From an uncultured Gemmatimonadaceae bacterium (GTDB taxonomy: Bacteria > Gemmatimonadota > Gemmatimonadetes > Gemmatimonadales > Gemmatimonadaceae): DNA of 64,000 nt. The stretch covers positions 352,001 to 416,000 of the forward strand of contig CAWHHI010000020.1 in NCBI GenBank assembly GCA_963829055.1, given 5' to 3'. The position numbers were made by a program, and so were the translations under genes. Positions within the stretch are counted from its first letter, which is position 1. Every line of letters starts with the position of its first letter. This document shows, piece by piece, positions 21,673 through 32,042 of this stretch. The notes beneath the pieces were generated by a model that saw only the letters and a program-made list of their open reading frames with translations, ran no database searches and had not been told where the DNA came from.

Positions 21673-23040
21673 CTAGGTCCGCAGTGATGTGCGCAATGAG
21701 CTGAAGCCCTTGCGCATCTCGCCAACGAAGAGCTCCGGCTGCTCCCACGCCGCGAAGTGCCCGCCTTTCGGGAGCTTGTTGAAGTAAATCAGCTTGGGAT
21801 ACGCGCGTTCGGCCCAACTCTTTGGAGCTGCGTAGATCTCGTCCGGAAAGACAGTCACGACAACGGGGATCTGGACGTGCCTTGGGTCGAAGAAGCCGCC
21901 CTTTGCCGTTTGTGTATCGTCCCAATATAGGCGCGCCGACGAGACCGCCGTGTTTGTCAGCCAGTACATCGTGATGTTGTCGAGAATGTCGTCTCGCGTT
22001 AGGCCCTCGGGCTTGCCGTCAAAGACGCGCGCTATCAGCGCGTAACTGCGCGCGTCGTGGTCGAGTATCCACGCCGCCAGGCCGACGGGTGAATCCGCGA
22101 TCGCGTAGAGTGTCTGCGGCCGGAGCGACATCTCCTGCGCGTACGCCAGGCCCTTCAAATAGAACACGGCGAGCTGATCCCACGCGTTGCGTTCGTCGGC
22201 CGACAGGGTGGGTGGCGGCGGGCTTCCCCCAAAGATTGCCTTGCTGATCTCGGGCGGAACCGTCGCCGGCATGTTGGTGGAGATGCCGAGCAGCTCAGGA
22301 GGTGCCAGCAGACCCATCTTCTCCGAGACGGCGTTGCCCCAATCGCCACCCTGCGCCACGAACTTCGTGTATCCGAGGCGCTTCATCAGAGTCGTCCACG
22401 CACGTGCGACGCGTGCCGGGTCCCACCCGGGAGCGGTTGGCTTGCCCGAAAATCCATGGCCCGGCAGCGACGGGATCACCACATCGAACGCATCCTCGGC
22501 TTTCCCACCATGGGCAACCGGGTCGGTCAGTGGGGCGATGACCTTCATCTGCTCGATGAACGAGCCCGGCCATCCATGCGTGATGATGATCGGCATCGCA
22601 TTCTTTTCCTTGGACTTCACGTGAATGAAGTGAATGTCCAGGCCATCGATGTTGGTGATGAAGTTCGGAACCGCATTGATCTTCGCCTCGGCCTTGCGCC
22701 AGTCGTGCTCCGTGGCCCAGTAGCTCGCGAGCTTCTGCGTCGTCGCGAACTGGACACCCTGCGATGCATCGCTGACCGTTTCTTTCTCGGGCCATTTCGT
22801 TGCCTTGATGCGTCGGCGCAGATCGACCACGTCGGCTTCAGGAATACTCACACGAAATGGGCGAATGTCGGTCGTACCAGTGCCTGTCTGTGCTGCAACA
22901 TCAGTCGGAGTCGCAGTCGTTGCTCCAGTCATAGCGTCCAACCTCCTGGGAAAAGCGAGCAGACCCAGCTGGTTCGCGGCAACGGTTGCGGCCGCAGCAC
23001 CAAGAAAGCGTCGGCGATCGAGATCGTGCATTGTGGTCAC
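21673..23040 (-). CDS. Tat-signal epoxide hydrolase, paralog 2
   Basis: DLDRRRFLG; THGWPGS, QGGDWG, GGHFAAWEQP. Confidence 0.93.
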   Translation of the reverse strand: MTTMHDLDRRRFLGAAAATVAANQLGLLAFPRRLDAMTGATTATPTDVAAQTGTGTTDIRPFRVSIPEADVVDLRRRIKATKWPEKETVSDASQGVQFATTQKLASYWATEHDWRKAEAKINAVPNFITNIDGLDIHFIHVKSKEKNAMPIIITHGWPGSFIEQMKVIAPLTDPVAHGGKAEDAFDVVIPSLPGHGFSGKPTAPGWDPARVARAWTTLMKRLGYTKFVAQGGDWGNAVSEKMGLLAPPELLGISTNMPATVPPEISKAIFGGSPPPPTLSADERNAWDQLAVFYLKGLAYAQEMSLRPQTLYAIADSPVGLAAWILDHDARSYALIARVFDGKPEGLTRDDILDNITMYWLTNTAVSSARLYWDDTQTAKGGFFDPRHVQIPVVVTVFPDEIYAAPKSWAERAYPKLIYFNKLPKGGHFAAWEQPELFVGEMRKGFSSLRTSLRT

Positions 23041-23135
23041 CTCTATGCGCGGCTCCGCGTGACCGGCTATCGGTCTCGCATGTCCGATTCAAACGGACGC
23101 GATACACAGATACGCCCAGCCTGGCAGCGCTTCTA

Positions 23136-23151
23136 TTACACGATGGTATCG
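23136..23151. promoter_or_regulatory. Class A operator
   Basis: TTACAC-GATG-GTATCG about 95 bp upstream of paralog 2. Confidence 0.65.
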
Positions 23152-23175
23152 ATAACACCTGGTGGAACGAGTTGA

Positions 23176-23305
23176 AGATGTTGAGAGCGGGCGATTCTGG
23201 CCCGTAGCCAGAATTGGCAAATGCGCTCCGCCTCTCGCCTGTCACGGGAGGTCTGCCCTTTGCCAATTCTGGCTATAGGGCCTGCCTCGCCCGCTCTCAA
23301 CATCT
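23176..23305. repeat. 130-bp long inverted-repeat element (MITE-like or REP-like)
   Basis: AGATGTTGAGAGCGGGCGA / TCGCCCGCTCTCAACATCT and TAGCCAGAATTGGCAAA / TTTGCCAATTCTGGCTA. Confidence 0.8.
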
Positions 23306-23347
23306 AACGCGCAATCCACCAGGTATTGCCTAACGCTGGTGGTGTGA

Positions 23348-23749
23348 TCACTTCACCAGCGTAACGAGCGGCTTCCCTTTCTCGACGACATACGTGGCGA
23401 GCTCCGCCCCGTTGCCGCTGCCGACGTTCTTCGCCGCGTGGATCGCTCCGGCCGGAACGAGCAGGACGTCGCCGGCCTTGTAGGTCGCCGGTGGCCGGCC
23501 CTCGACCTGGTACTCCAGCGTGCCTTCGAGGACATAAATGATCTCTTCGCCGAAATGCGTGTGCCTGGGAGAGACATACCCCGGGTCGAAATCGACGCGT
23601 ACCTGGACCACCTCTCGTCCGGGAACGCTGAGATCGTGCCGCTGCAGGTCGGTGCGTCTGGTTCCCGCCTGCTGCAACGCCGCCCCATCTGGTGCCAAAC
23701 CGGTTCCGACGATCAGCATCGCTACTCCTATGATGACTGTCACTCTCAT
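23348..23749 (-). CDS. Secreted cupin-domain protein
   Basis: Signal peptide; HTHFGEEIIYVLEG, GDVLLVPAGAIH. Confidence 0.9.
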   Translation of the reverse strand: MRVTVIIGVAMLIVGTGLAPDGAALQQAGTRRTDLQRHDLSVPGREVVQVRVDFDPGYVSPRHTHFGEEIIYVLEGTLEYQVEGRPPATYKAGDVLLVPAGAIHAAKNVGSGNGAELATYVVEKGKPLVTLVK

Positions 23750-23840
23750 GTGGATCTTCTCCGTCCTGACCACTGGAGTGATGGAATGCGGGAGCAGACG
23801 ACGCGCACGTTAGGCGCATCGTCTGCTCCCTGACAACGCG

Positions 23841-25283
23841 TTACCGCAGCGACTTGAACGCCGCGCGCAGCTCCGCCGCGAACAGCTCCGGGTACTCCCA
23901 CATGGCGAAGTGACCGCCTCTGTCGACTTCGTTGAAGTAGCTCAGTGTGGGGAAGGCACGACGGGCCCAGGGCTCCTGGGCGCGAAGGATTTCGTCCGGG
24001 AACAGGGTGACGGCCACCGGCACCTTGATCTCGGCGGACTTCTGGTCGCCAGCACTGGTCAGATTCGTTCCCCGGTTCTCCCAGTAGATCCGCGCCGACG
24101 AGGCGGCGGTGTTCGTCAGCCAGTACAGCGAGAAGTTGTCCAGCACGTCGTCCCGCGTCGGTGACTGCTTGGGGTCCTTGCCGTATGACCACTTCGTGAA
24201 CCCCGAGTGCTGGAGCATGAACCCCGCGAGGCCGGCGGGGGAATCCGTGACGCCATAGCCGACCGCCTGCGGCCGCGCGCCCATCATCGTTAGGTAAGCC
24301 AGGCCCCCGCCACCCACGTACGCTCCCAGGTCCCTGACGGCCAAGCGCTCCTTCTCGGACATCGCCGCCAGCGCGGCCTTGTCGCCGCCAAGCGCGCCGC
24401 CTACTTCGGCAGTGATCACCGCCGGGAAGTTGGTGTGGATGCCGAGCAGCCCCGCCGGCGCCTGCCGGCCCATCGCTTCGACGACGCCCGCGCCCCAGTC
24501 TCCGCCCTGCGCGACATAGCGCGTGTACCCCAGCCGCTTCATGAGGACGGCCCACGCGGCGCCGATACGCTCCAACCCCCAACCCGCCTCGGTCGGATGC
24601 CCCGAGAACCCGAAGCCAGGCAGCGACGGAATCACGACGTCGAACGCATCCTCGGCGCGACCGCCGAACTTCGTCGGATCGGTGAGCGGGCCAATGAGCT
24701 TGATCTGCTCGAACACGGAGCCCGGCCATCCGTGCGTGATGATCAGCGGCATCGCGTTAGGGTGGGGCGACTTGACGTGGATGAAGTGGATGTCGACGCC
24801 GTCAATGTTCGTCATGAACTGCGGCAGAGCGTTGAGCTTTGCCTCACCCTTGCGCCAGTCGTAGCCGTTGCCCCAGTAGCGCACCAGCTCCTGGAGCTGC
24901 GCCAGCTGCGCGCCCTGCGACGCATCGGCGACGGTTTCCTTGTCGGGCCACCGCGTCATCTGGAGCCGGCGGCGGAGGTCGGCCACTGCTTCGTCCGACA
25001 CGCGTGCCCGGAACGGTCGGATCGAGGTGTCTGCCGTTCCCGCGCGAGTCGCCGGCGTTGCAAGCGGCAGGTCAACGGTGCTGAGCTCTGTCATGGTCTT
25101 GCTCCGATTGAGTGTGGCGCGAGCATCGCGGCTCGCGGTGACGGCCTGGGCCTGCGCGAGCGCTGACAGCGACACGAAAAGACCCAAGCTGAGTGCCCAG
25201 ATCGAGAGGAGATGGGTGGTGCTGTCCCGGGCTCGCCCGACGTCCCTGGTGACGCCGGCGGCCTCGATAGTCGTGGTTCCCAT
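23841..25283 (-). CDS. Epoxide hydrolase, paralog 3 (Sec-type leader)
   Basis: SLSALAQAQ leader; THGWPGS, QGGDWG, GGHFAMWEYP. Confidence 0.92.
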   Translation of the reverse strand: MGTTTIEAAGVTRDVGRARDSTTHLLSIWALSLGLFVSLSALAQAQAVTASRDARATLNRSKTMTELSTVDLPLATPATRAGTADTSIRPFRARVSDEAVADLRRRLQMTRWPDKETVADASQGAQLAQLQELVRYWGNGYDWRKGEAKLNALPQFMTNIDGVDIHFIHVKSPHPNAMPLIITHGWPGSVFEQIKLIGPLTDPTKFGGRAEDAFDVVIPSLPGFGFSGHPTEAGWGLERIGAAWAVLMKRLGYTRYVAQGGDWGAGVVEAMGRQAPAGLLGIHTNFPAVITAEVGGALGGDKAALAAMSEKERLAVRDLGAYVGGGGLAYLTMMGARPQAVGYGVTDSPAGLAGFMLQHSGFTKWSYGKDPKQSPTRDDVLDNFSLYWLTNTAASSARIYWENRGTNLTSAGDQKSAEIKVPVAVTLFPDEILRAQEPWARRAFPTLSYFNEVDRGGHFAMWEYPELFAAELRAAFKSLR

Positions 25284-25386
25284 GGCGGACTCCGCGAAAG
25301 AGGTGACGGTGAAGCGCATTCGCTTCGCTTGGGACGCAATGCGCTGATCGCGGAGACAATGTCTCGAGTTCGCGAAAACCATCGTA

Positions 25387-25420
25387 TTGCACGATGGTAT
25401 CGATCGATACCTAGGTATCG
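25387..25420. promoter_or_regulatory. Tandem class A operators
   Basis: TTGCAC-GATG-GTATCG, AT, then the perfect palindrome CGATAC-CTAG-GTATCG. Confidence 0.75.
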
Positions 25421-25552
25421 CCTAACGATTTCTCGCCATGACCGCCCGGCCACGGCTCGTGCCGATCCGCGCGAAAGCGAGATAGCCGGGTAGCACAGCG
25501 GCGCGCCTAACGGGCGCGCCACTGACTGTACGACCGGCGAGCTGGCGGTGAG

Positions 25553-26996
25553 CTACCGGACCGATTTGAACGCCGCGCGCAGCTCCGCCGCGAAGAGCTG
25601 CGGCTGTTCCCAGGCGGCGAAGTGCCCACCTTTGTCGACCTTGTTGAAGTAGATGAGCTTGGGGTACGCCCGCTCCGTCCAGCTCCGCGGAGCCTCGTAC
25701 TGCTCGCTGGGAAAGACGCTCACGGCCACCGGAATGGAGACGCCCTTCGTATTGAAGAAACCGCCCTTGTATTCCCAGTAGAGACGCGACGCGGAGACCC
25801 CCGTGTTCGTGAGCCAGTAGAGCGTGATGTTGTCGAGGATCTCGTCCCGCGTCAGTTCGCCCGTGGCGCTCGTCTTCCGCGTTAGGGCCGAGGCGACCGC
25901 CACCGCCGGCTGGCCATCAGCGTCATTGTGGTCGAGCAGCCACGCGGCCAACCCGACCGGCGAATCGGCGATGCCGTACAGCGTCTGCGGGCGCGCCGCC
26001 ATGTACTTGGCGTAGTCGACCTGCTTGAACGTCCGTACCAGCTGCTCGTAGGCGCGTCGTTCCTCAGCTGAGAGACCCGATGGCGGCGGGGCTCCGGCCA
26101 GGAGGGCCTTGTCGACGTCCGCTGGAACGGTGGCGGGCATGTTGGTGTGGATGGCGAGCAATCCGGCAGGTGCTTGCAATCCCATCTGGTCGACGACGAA
26201 CGCGCCCCAGTCGCCGCCCTGGGCCACATAGCGGGTGTAGCCGAGGCGCTTCATCAGTTCTGCCCAGGCTCGGCCCATGCGCTCGGGGCCCCAGCCGGTG
26301 CTCGTCGGTTTGCCGGAGAAGCCGTAGCCCGGCATCGACGGGATCACGACGTCGAACGCGTCCTCTGCTCGGCCGCCGTACCTGGTCGGGTCGGTGAGCG
26401 GGCCGATGAGCTTGAGCTGCTCGATGACCGAGCCGGGCCACCCGTGGTTGATGACGAGCGGCAACGCATTCGCGTGTTTCGAACGCACGTGAATGAAATG
26501 AATGTCCAGCCCGTCGATCGTCGTGATGAACTGCGGGAGGGCATTCAGCTTCGCTTCGACCTTGCGCCAGTCGTAGTCCGTCGCCCAATAGCGCGCGAGT
26601 TGCTGCATCGTCGCCAGCGGCACGCCCTGCGATTCATCGGCAACGGTCTCCTTCTCGGGCCACTGCGTCGCGAGAATTCTTCGACGGAGGTCGGCGAGCT
26701 TCTCGTCGGACATGCTGACGCGGTACGGTCGGATCGACTTGTCCTCCGATGCGGTGCGCGGTGCCGGGTGCCGCGAGCGGCGCATCCACGGTGTTCAGCT
26801 CTGTCATGGTCGTGCTCCGGTTGAGTGATGGGCGAGCGTCGCGGCTCGGGCTGGAGACCTGAGCGTGCGCAAGCGCGGAGAGCGACGTCCACATGGCAAT
26901 GCCGAGCGCGACGATGAAGCAGAGACGGACCATGCCGTCTTTCGCCGGGCGTGCCTCGGGCCTGGTGTCCCAGCTCTCGATGCTCACGTTTCTCAT
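25553..26996 (-). CDS. Epoxide hydrolase, paralog 4 (frameshift near 26770)
   Basis: Leader SLSALAHAQ in ORF 26634..27278; NHGWPGS, QGGDWG, GGHFAAWEQP in ORF 25553..26785. Confidence 0.9.
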
Positions 26997-27100
26997 GGCT
27001 GCCTCCAGAAGAGAGTTGTCCGCGTTATGCATCCGTGTTGCGCGGATGACTCTTGCGCGAACGTGGACAGAATCTCTGGGAGGGCGCGGCCAGCATCGTA

Positions 27101-27134
27101 TTGCACAATGGTATCGACCGATACCTAGGTATCG
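27101..27134. promoter_or_regulatory. Tandem class A operators
   Basis: TTGCAC-AATG-GTATCG, AC, CGATAC-CTAG-GTATCG; near-identical to the 25387 site. Confidence 0.75.
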
Positions 27135-27149
27135 ATTGCGACGCGCTCG

Positions 27150-30100
27150 ATGCCGCGTAAGATCAGCGTCATGGTGACCACCGGTGTACGCGCTGCAGTC
27201 GCGTGCGCGTTCATCGCTGCCGCAGCGCCCACGCTTCGAGGCCAGCGTCCCCCGCCGGCGGTGGGCGAGCTGGAACACACGGTGTGGACGATTCGCGATG
27301 GCGCGCCGCCCGGCGTAACCGCGTTCGCCCAGTCGGCAGACGGAGTGCTGTGGATCGGCGCCACCACGGGGCTGTACCGATTCGATGGCGTACGCTTCGA
27401 GCTGTTCGAGCCACCCGCTTCGCAGCCGCTACCGTTCCTCTCCATCAGCGCGCTGCTCGCGCTCCCGGACAGCACACTCTGGGTTGGCTACACATTCGGC
27501 GGTGCAAGCGTGCTGGCCCGCGGGCGGGTGGTGAGCTACAGCCAGCGCGACGGCCTGCCCGAAGGAACGATCAACGCAATCGCGCGCGATTCAGCGGGAG
27601 ATATCTGGGCGGCTACGACAACCGGCCTCGCGCGACTGTACGGCGGCCGCTGGCAACGTATCGGCGCGGAGAACGGATACCCGGGCGGCCCGGCGTCCGA
27701 CCTTCTCGTCGACCGACGTGGAACGCTGTGGGCCCCGACGGGCGCTGGCGTCTTCGTCCTTCCGCGTGGCGCAATCCGATTCATGCGGCAGGCGCCTCCG
27801 CTCGATGCGGCGGGCAATGGCAGCGCTGGTGTACCGCGTGAGGCGCCGGACGGTTCCGTCTGGGGTGCGTCCACCACGCTCGGCCTAACGCGACTCTCCG
27901 ATTCCGCTGGGCGAGCCACGCCAGCTCGGCCGGCGGCCGAGCGCCTGCGCGAAGCGTGGTCGCTCTTCGTGGACCGTCGCGCGCACGCATGGCTCGACGG
28001 GCCCGGCGGCCTCGTCCGAGTCTCGCTCACGGCGAGGAATGCCAGTGAGTCCGTGAGCAGCCTAACGCCGGCCGGGTTCCCGGTGGAGCGAGTCCCGCTG
28101 CGAACCGGCCCGCAGGGGTACTCGGCGTTCGAAGACCGCGAAGGCAACGTGTGGGTCGGAACGGCCGGCGGCATCGAGCGGTTCCGGCAGACGAAGCTCA
28201 CACCCGTCGTGCTCCCGGAACCCATGGATGGGCCTGCGCTCGCGGCTGCGGCCGACGGATCAGTGTGGCTCGCAAGCTACGTCAACACGCTGCTCGAGGT
28301 CGGCGATCGTGTGGTCGTCCACGCCGGAGTTCCCGCCAACATCACGTCTGCCTACCGCGACCTCAGTGGCGGCGTGTGGCTCGGCGGCCCAGGGGGGATG
28401 TGGAACGCGCCAGGCGGCTCGTCTTCCTCGAGCACTCGCTTCACGCGCGTCCCGCTGCCCGACGAAGCCGGACCCGGCGAAGTCCAGGCCATCGCGCGGA
28501 CGCCCGACGGCGACCTGTGGGTCTCGATCCGCGGCCAGCGAATGAAGGGCGTCTTCCGACGACGCGATGGCGTGTGGTCACGCGCTCCGTTGCCAACGGG
28601 TTTTGCGGACCAGCTCGCGCTGACGGTCGTCGCCGACAGCGGGGGTCGGATCTGGCTGGGGTACACGGGAAATCGCCTCCTGCTCGCCACCGGTGATTCG
28701 ATTCGCGTCTATTCCGACGGCGATGGGCTTCAGCTCGGCAGCGTGACCGCGCTCGTAGTGCGCGGCCCCCGCGTCTGGATCGGCGGCGAGTCGGGCCTAA
28801 CGAGCCTGGTCGACGACCGCTTCCGATCCGTGGCCGCCACGGAGACGCTCCGTGGCATCACAGGGATCATCGAGGCCCCGGACGGCGACATCTGGCTCAA
28901 CGGCGTCGGCGGCGTCACCCACATCGAGGCCACCGAGATCCGTCGTGCGCTCGAGAATCCCGCTTATCGCGCGCACGCGGAACGCTTCGATTACCACGAC
29001 GGTCTCAACGGCCAGGCCCCGCAAATCCGGCCGTTCCCCACGGCGATCCAGGGCACCGACGGACGTCTGTGGTTCACGACCGAAAGAGGCGTCGCGTGGA
29101 TCGATCCGACCAACATCACGCGAAACAGGCTTCCACCTCCGGTTCAGATTCGCGCGATGAGTGTGGCGGGCAAGCAATACGACGTCCACGATCGCGTTGC
29201 GCTACCCGCGCGCACCACCCAGATCCAGATCGCGTACACAGCACTGAGTCTCGCGATGCCGGATCGTGTCAGGTTCCGCTACCGGCTCGCGGGCGTCGAC
29301 ACGTCGTGGGCAGAAGCCGGGACGCGACGCGAGGCATTCTACACCAACCTCGAGCCAGGGTCGTATCGATTCCAGGTGATCGCGGCCAACGAGGATGATG
29401 TCTGGAACGAGACCGGGGCGAGCGTGGTCTTCGACATCCCGCCCACGTTCACCCAAACAAAGGCGTTCGTGGCATTGATGGCGACCGCCGCCCTGTCTGC
29501 CGTGCTGCTTCTCGCGCTCTGGCGGCAGCGGCAGTTGGCCCGCACGCTCCGTGCGCAGTTCGAGGGCACGCTCGCCGAACGCGCACGAGTCGCCCGGGAG
29601 CTGCACGACACGCTGCTCGGCGACATGGCCGGCGTGGCGATGCAGCTGAATGCGGGTGCGCGGCGCATCGACGCAGCCGGCGGCGCCAACGCGCCGGTCG
29701 TCGATCTGCTGTCGGCACTGAGCAAACAGGTCCAGCGCTCGCTCGTCGAGGCCAGGCGTTCGGTGACAGCCATGCGCGGGTCGCCTGAAGAGCTACCTCC
29801 GCTCCACGAGCAGCTCGCCAACGCGGCGCGCCGGACGTTCGCCGACAGCGGAATCGCCCCGCATGTCGAGCACGCGGGGTCCGCGCGGCCGTACCCACCT
29901 AACGTGGAAGCGGAGATCGTCGGCATTGTGAGCGAGGCAATGGCGAACGCGCGCAAACACGCCGGGTGCGAACGCGTAACGATCACGTGCAGCTACGCGC
30001 CACGGGAGTTGCGTGTGCGTGTGCGCGACGACGGCCGGGGATTCGATCAGTCGCAGGCGACGCCGACCGGTCATTGGGGTCTGGTCGGGATGCGTGAACG

Positions 30101-30233
30101 GGCCGCGTCGATAGGCGCCAGGCTCGCCGTCACGAGCGCCGCGACAGTCGGGACCGAGGTCGTCCTCGTCGTGCCAGGAGGACCGGGCCGATGGACCTGG
30201 TGGAACCGATCGATTTCACCCACGCAGGGCTGA
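27150..30233 (+). CDS. Periplasmic beta-propeller/Y_Y_Y sensor histidine kinase (HisKA_3)
   Basis: Repeats such as DGVLWIGATTGLYRFDG and DREGNVWVGT; YTNLEPGSYRFQVIAAN; ERARVARELHDTL; HWGLVGMRERA. Confidence 0.93.
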   Translation: MPRKISVMVTTGVRAAVACAFIAAAAPTLRGQRPPPAVGELEHTVWTIRDGAPPGVTAFAQSADGVLWIGATTGLYRFDGVRFELFEPPASQPLPFLSISALLALPDSTLWVGYTFGGASVLARGRVVSYSQRDGLPEGTINAIARDSAGDIWAATTTGLARLYGGRWQRIGAENGYPGGPASDLLVDRRGTLWAPTGAGVFVLPRGAIRFMRQAPPLDAAGNGSAGVPREAPDGSVWGASTTLGLTRLSDSAGRATPARPAAERLREAWSLFVDRRAHAWLDGPGGLVRVSLTARNASESVSSLTPAGFPVERVPLRTGPQGYSAFEDREGNVWVGTAGGIERFRQTKLTPVVLPEPMDGPALAAAADGSVWLASYVNTLLEVGDRVVVHAGVPANITSAYRDLSGGVWLGGPGGMWNAPGGSSSSSTRFTRVPLPDEAGPGEVQAIARTPDGDLWVSIRGQRMKGVFRRRDGVWSRAPLPTGFADQLALTVVADSGGRIWLGYTGNRLLLATGDSIRVYSDGDGLQLGSVTALVVRGPRVWIGGESGLTSLVDDRFRSVAATETLRGITGIIEAPDGDIWLNGVGGVTHIEATEIRRALENPAYRAHAERFDYHDGLNGQAPQIRPFPTAIQGTDGRLWFTTERGVAWIDPTNITRNRLPPPVQIRAMSVAGKQYDVHDRVALPARTTQIQIAYTALSLAMPDRVRFRYRLAGVDTSWAEAGTRREAFYTNLEPGSYRFQVIAANEDDVWNETGASVVFDIPPTFTQTKAFVALMATAALSAVLLLALWRQRQLARTLRAQFEGTLAERARVARELHDTLLGDMAGVAMQLNAGARRIDAAGGANAPVVDLLSALSKQVQRSLVEARRSVTAMRGSPEELPPLHEQLANAARRTFADSGIAPHVEHAGSARPYPPNVEAEIVGIVSEAMANARKHAGCERVTITCSYAPRELRVRVRDDGRGFDQSQATPTGHWGLVGMRERAASIGARLAVTSAATVGTEVVLVVPGGPGRWTWWNRSISPTQG

Positions 30234-30349
30234 CGGACAGCCTCGCCTCGACTCCCCAAATGGGGAAGCGCAAGACCGGTCATCTCGGCGATGTTCTCCT
30301 GGGTGCGGCGGGGGCATTGTTCCGCACACCACCATACGCGGAGAGACCC

Positions 30350-31166
30350 ATGGAGTCGCACGCCCTCGTCCAGGCCTTCGGAATGACCGCCCAGGGCACG
30401 CACTTCCAGGCGTCGCGCTTCCCGAATCAGAGATCCCGGTATCGCGAATCGAAGATGCCAGCGCGACCAACCATCATCCTCGTTCACGGCGCGTTCGTCG
30501 ACGGCTCGGCTTGGCAAGCGGTGCAGAGGATCCTGCGGGACGACGGCTACACCGTCCGCATTGCGCAGAACCCGACGACATCGCTGGCCGACGACGCGGC
30601 CGCAATTCGCCGCGCCGTGGACGCGCAGGACGGGCCGGTGATCCTCGTCGGCCACTCGTACGGCGGCGCCGTCATCACCGAGGCGGGCAGCCATCCGAAG
30701 GTCACGGGCCTCGTCTACATCGCGGCGTTCGCGCCCGACGAGGGCGAGTCCGTTTCCTGGCTCATGAATGATCCAACGCCGGGCGCGCCAGTGCCGCCCA
30801 TTGTCCCAGCGCAGCAGGACGGATTCCTGCTGCTCGATCGCACGAAGTTCGCGGCATCGTTCGCGGCCGACGTGGACGCGGAGACCGCGCGGCACATGGC
30901 CGAGTCGCAGGTACCCTGGGGGATCGGGGCGCTGACTGGTGCCGTCACCGAACCGGCGTGGCGGAGGAAACCCAGCTGGTATCTCGTTGCGGCCGACGAC
31001 AGAGATGATCCCTGCGCGAGCGCAATGGGCGATGGCGAAACGTGCGGGGTCACGCGTGACGGAGACCGGCGGGAGCCACGCGCTGTACGTGTCGAAGCCG
31101 GCCGTCGTGGCGTCGGCCATCGCCACCGCAGCGCGTGGCACGACCGTGGCCGCGAGATGTGCCTAA
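30350..31166 (+). CDS. Alpha/beta hydrolase (frameshift near 31000)
   Basis: IILVHGAFVDGS, GHSYGG; C-terminal GSHALYVSKP in ORF 30939..31166; GGAGA SD at 30350. Confidence 0.85.
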
Positions 31167-31183
31167 CGACTACAACAGGCGAC

Positions 31184-31825
31184 ATGATGATGTCCGAAGG
31201 CGTGCGCATCCGCGTTCTCACGGCCGACGACCATCCCGTGGTTCGCGCCGGCATCGCGGCCATGATCGGGATCGAGCCCGACATGGACATCGTGGCCGAG
31301 GCGCGAGACGGAGCGGAAGCCATTGCGCTGTTCGAGGCGCATCGCCCGGATGTCGTACTGATCGACCTCCGGATGCCGAAGTTGGACGGCGTGTCGGCGA
31401 TTCGCGCGATTCGCGCCATCGAGCCTAACGCACGCGTAATCGCCCTCACGACCTACGACGGCGACACCGACATTCATCGCGCGCTGAGCGCGGGCGCGTG
31501 CGCGTACCTGATCAAGGATGCGATGATCGAGCAGCTCGTTGCCGCCATCCGCTCGGCCGCCTCTGGGAAACGGGTCATTCCCTCGGACGTCGCGACCAGG
31601 CTCGCCGAATTCACGCCGAGGGTAGATCTGAGTGCCCGCGAGCAGGAAGTGTTGGGCCACGTCGCCAGAGGACTCGGGAACAAGGAGATCGCGCAGGCGA
31701 TCGGCCGATCGGCCGAGACGGTGAAGGCTCACCTCGAGAGTGTTTTCGAAAAGCTTGGCGCCAGGGATCGCACGCACGCGGTGACGATCGCGCTGCAGCG
31801 CGGGATCATACACCTCGATGAGTGA
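31184..31825 (+). CDS. NarL-family response regulator
   Basis: IRVLTADDHPVVR, LTTYDGD, LSAREQEVL, LGARDRTHAV. Confidence 0.93.
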   Translation: MMMSEGVRIRVLTADDHPVVRAGIAAMIGIEPDMDIVAEARDGAEAIALFEAHRPDVVLIDLRMPKLDGVSAIRAIRAIEPNARVIALTTYDGDTDIHRALSAGACAYLIKDAMIEQLVAAIRSAASGKRVIPSDVATRLAEFTPRVDLSAREQEVLGHVARGLGNKEIAQAIGRSAETVKAHLESVFEKLGARDRTHAVTIALQRGIIHLDE

Positions 31826-32042
31826 CATCCATGTCGGACGCTCCCGTATGAACGGAACGCATCGCGCACATGCGTGATGTGCGTTCGGACCATGCAGGGC
31901 GATCTCCTACGTTCGAATAGCGTCGCGGTGAAATGCCGCGAGGATATTCGAACCGGGAGATCCGATGCTCGGTGTGGCATTCCTCGCGAGGCGCAAAGCG
32001 CTCAGCGCCATTGCGGTTCTTACGTGGCCCGCCGCGACGCGG

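Noticed and set aside
30191..31825. Hydrolase-response regulator fusion (544 aa)
   Set aside because: The hydrolase C-terminus with its catalytic His lies in another frame ending at 31166; the fusion is produced by a frameshift.
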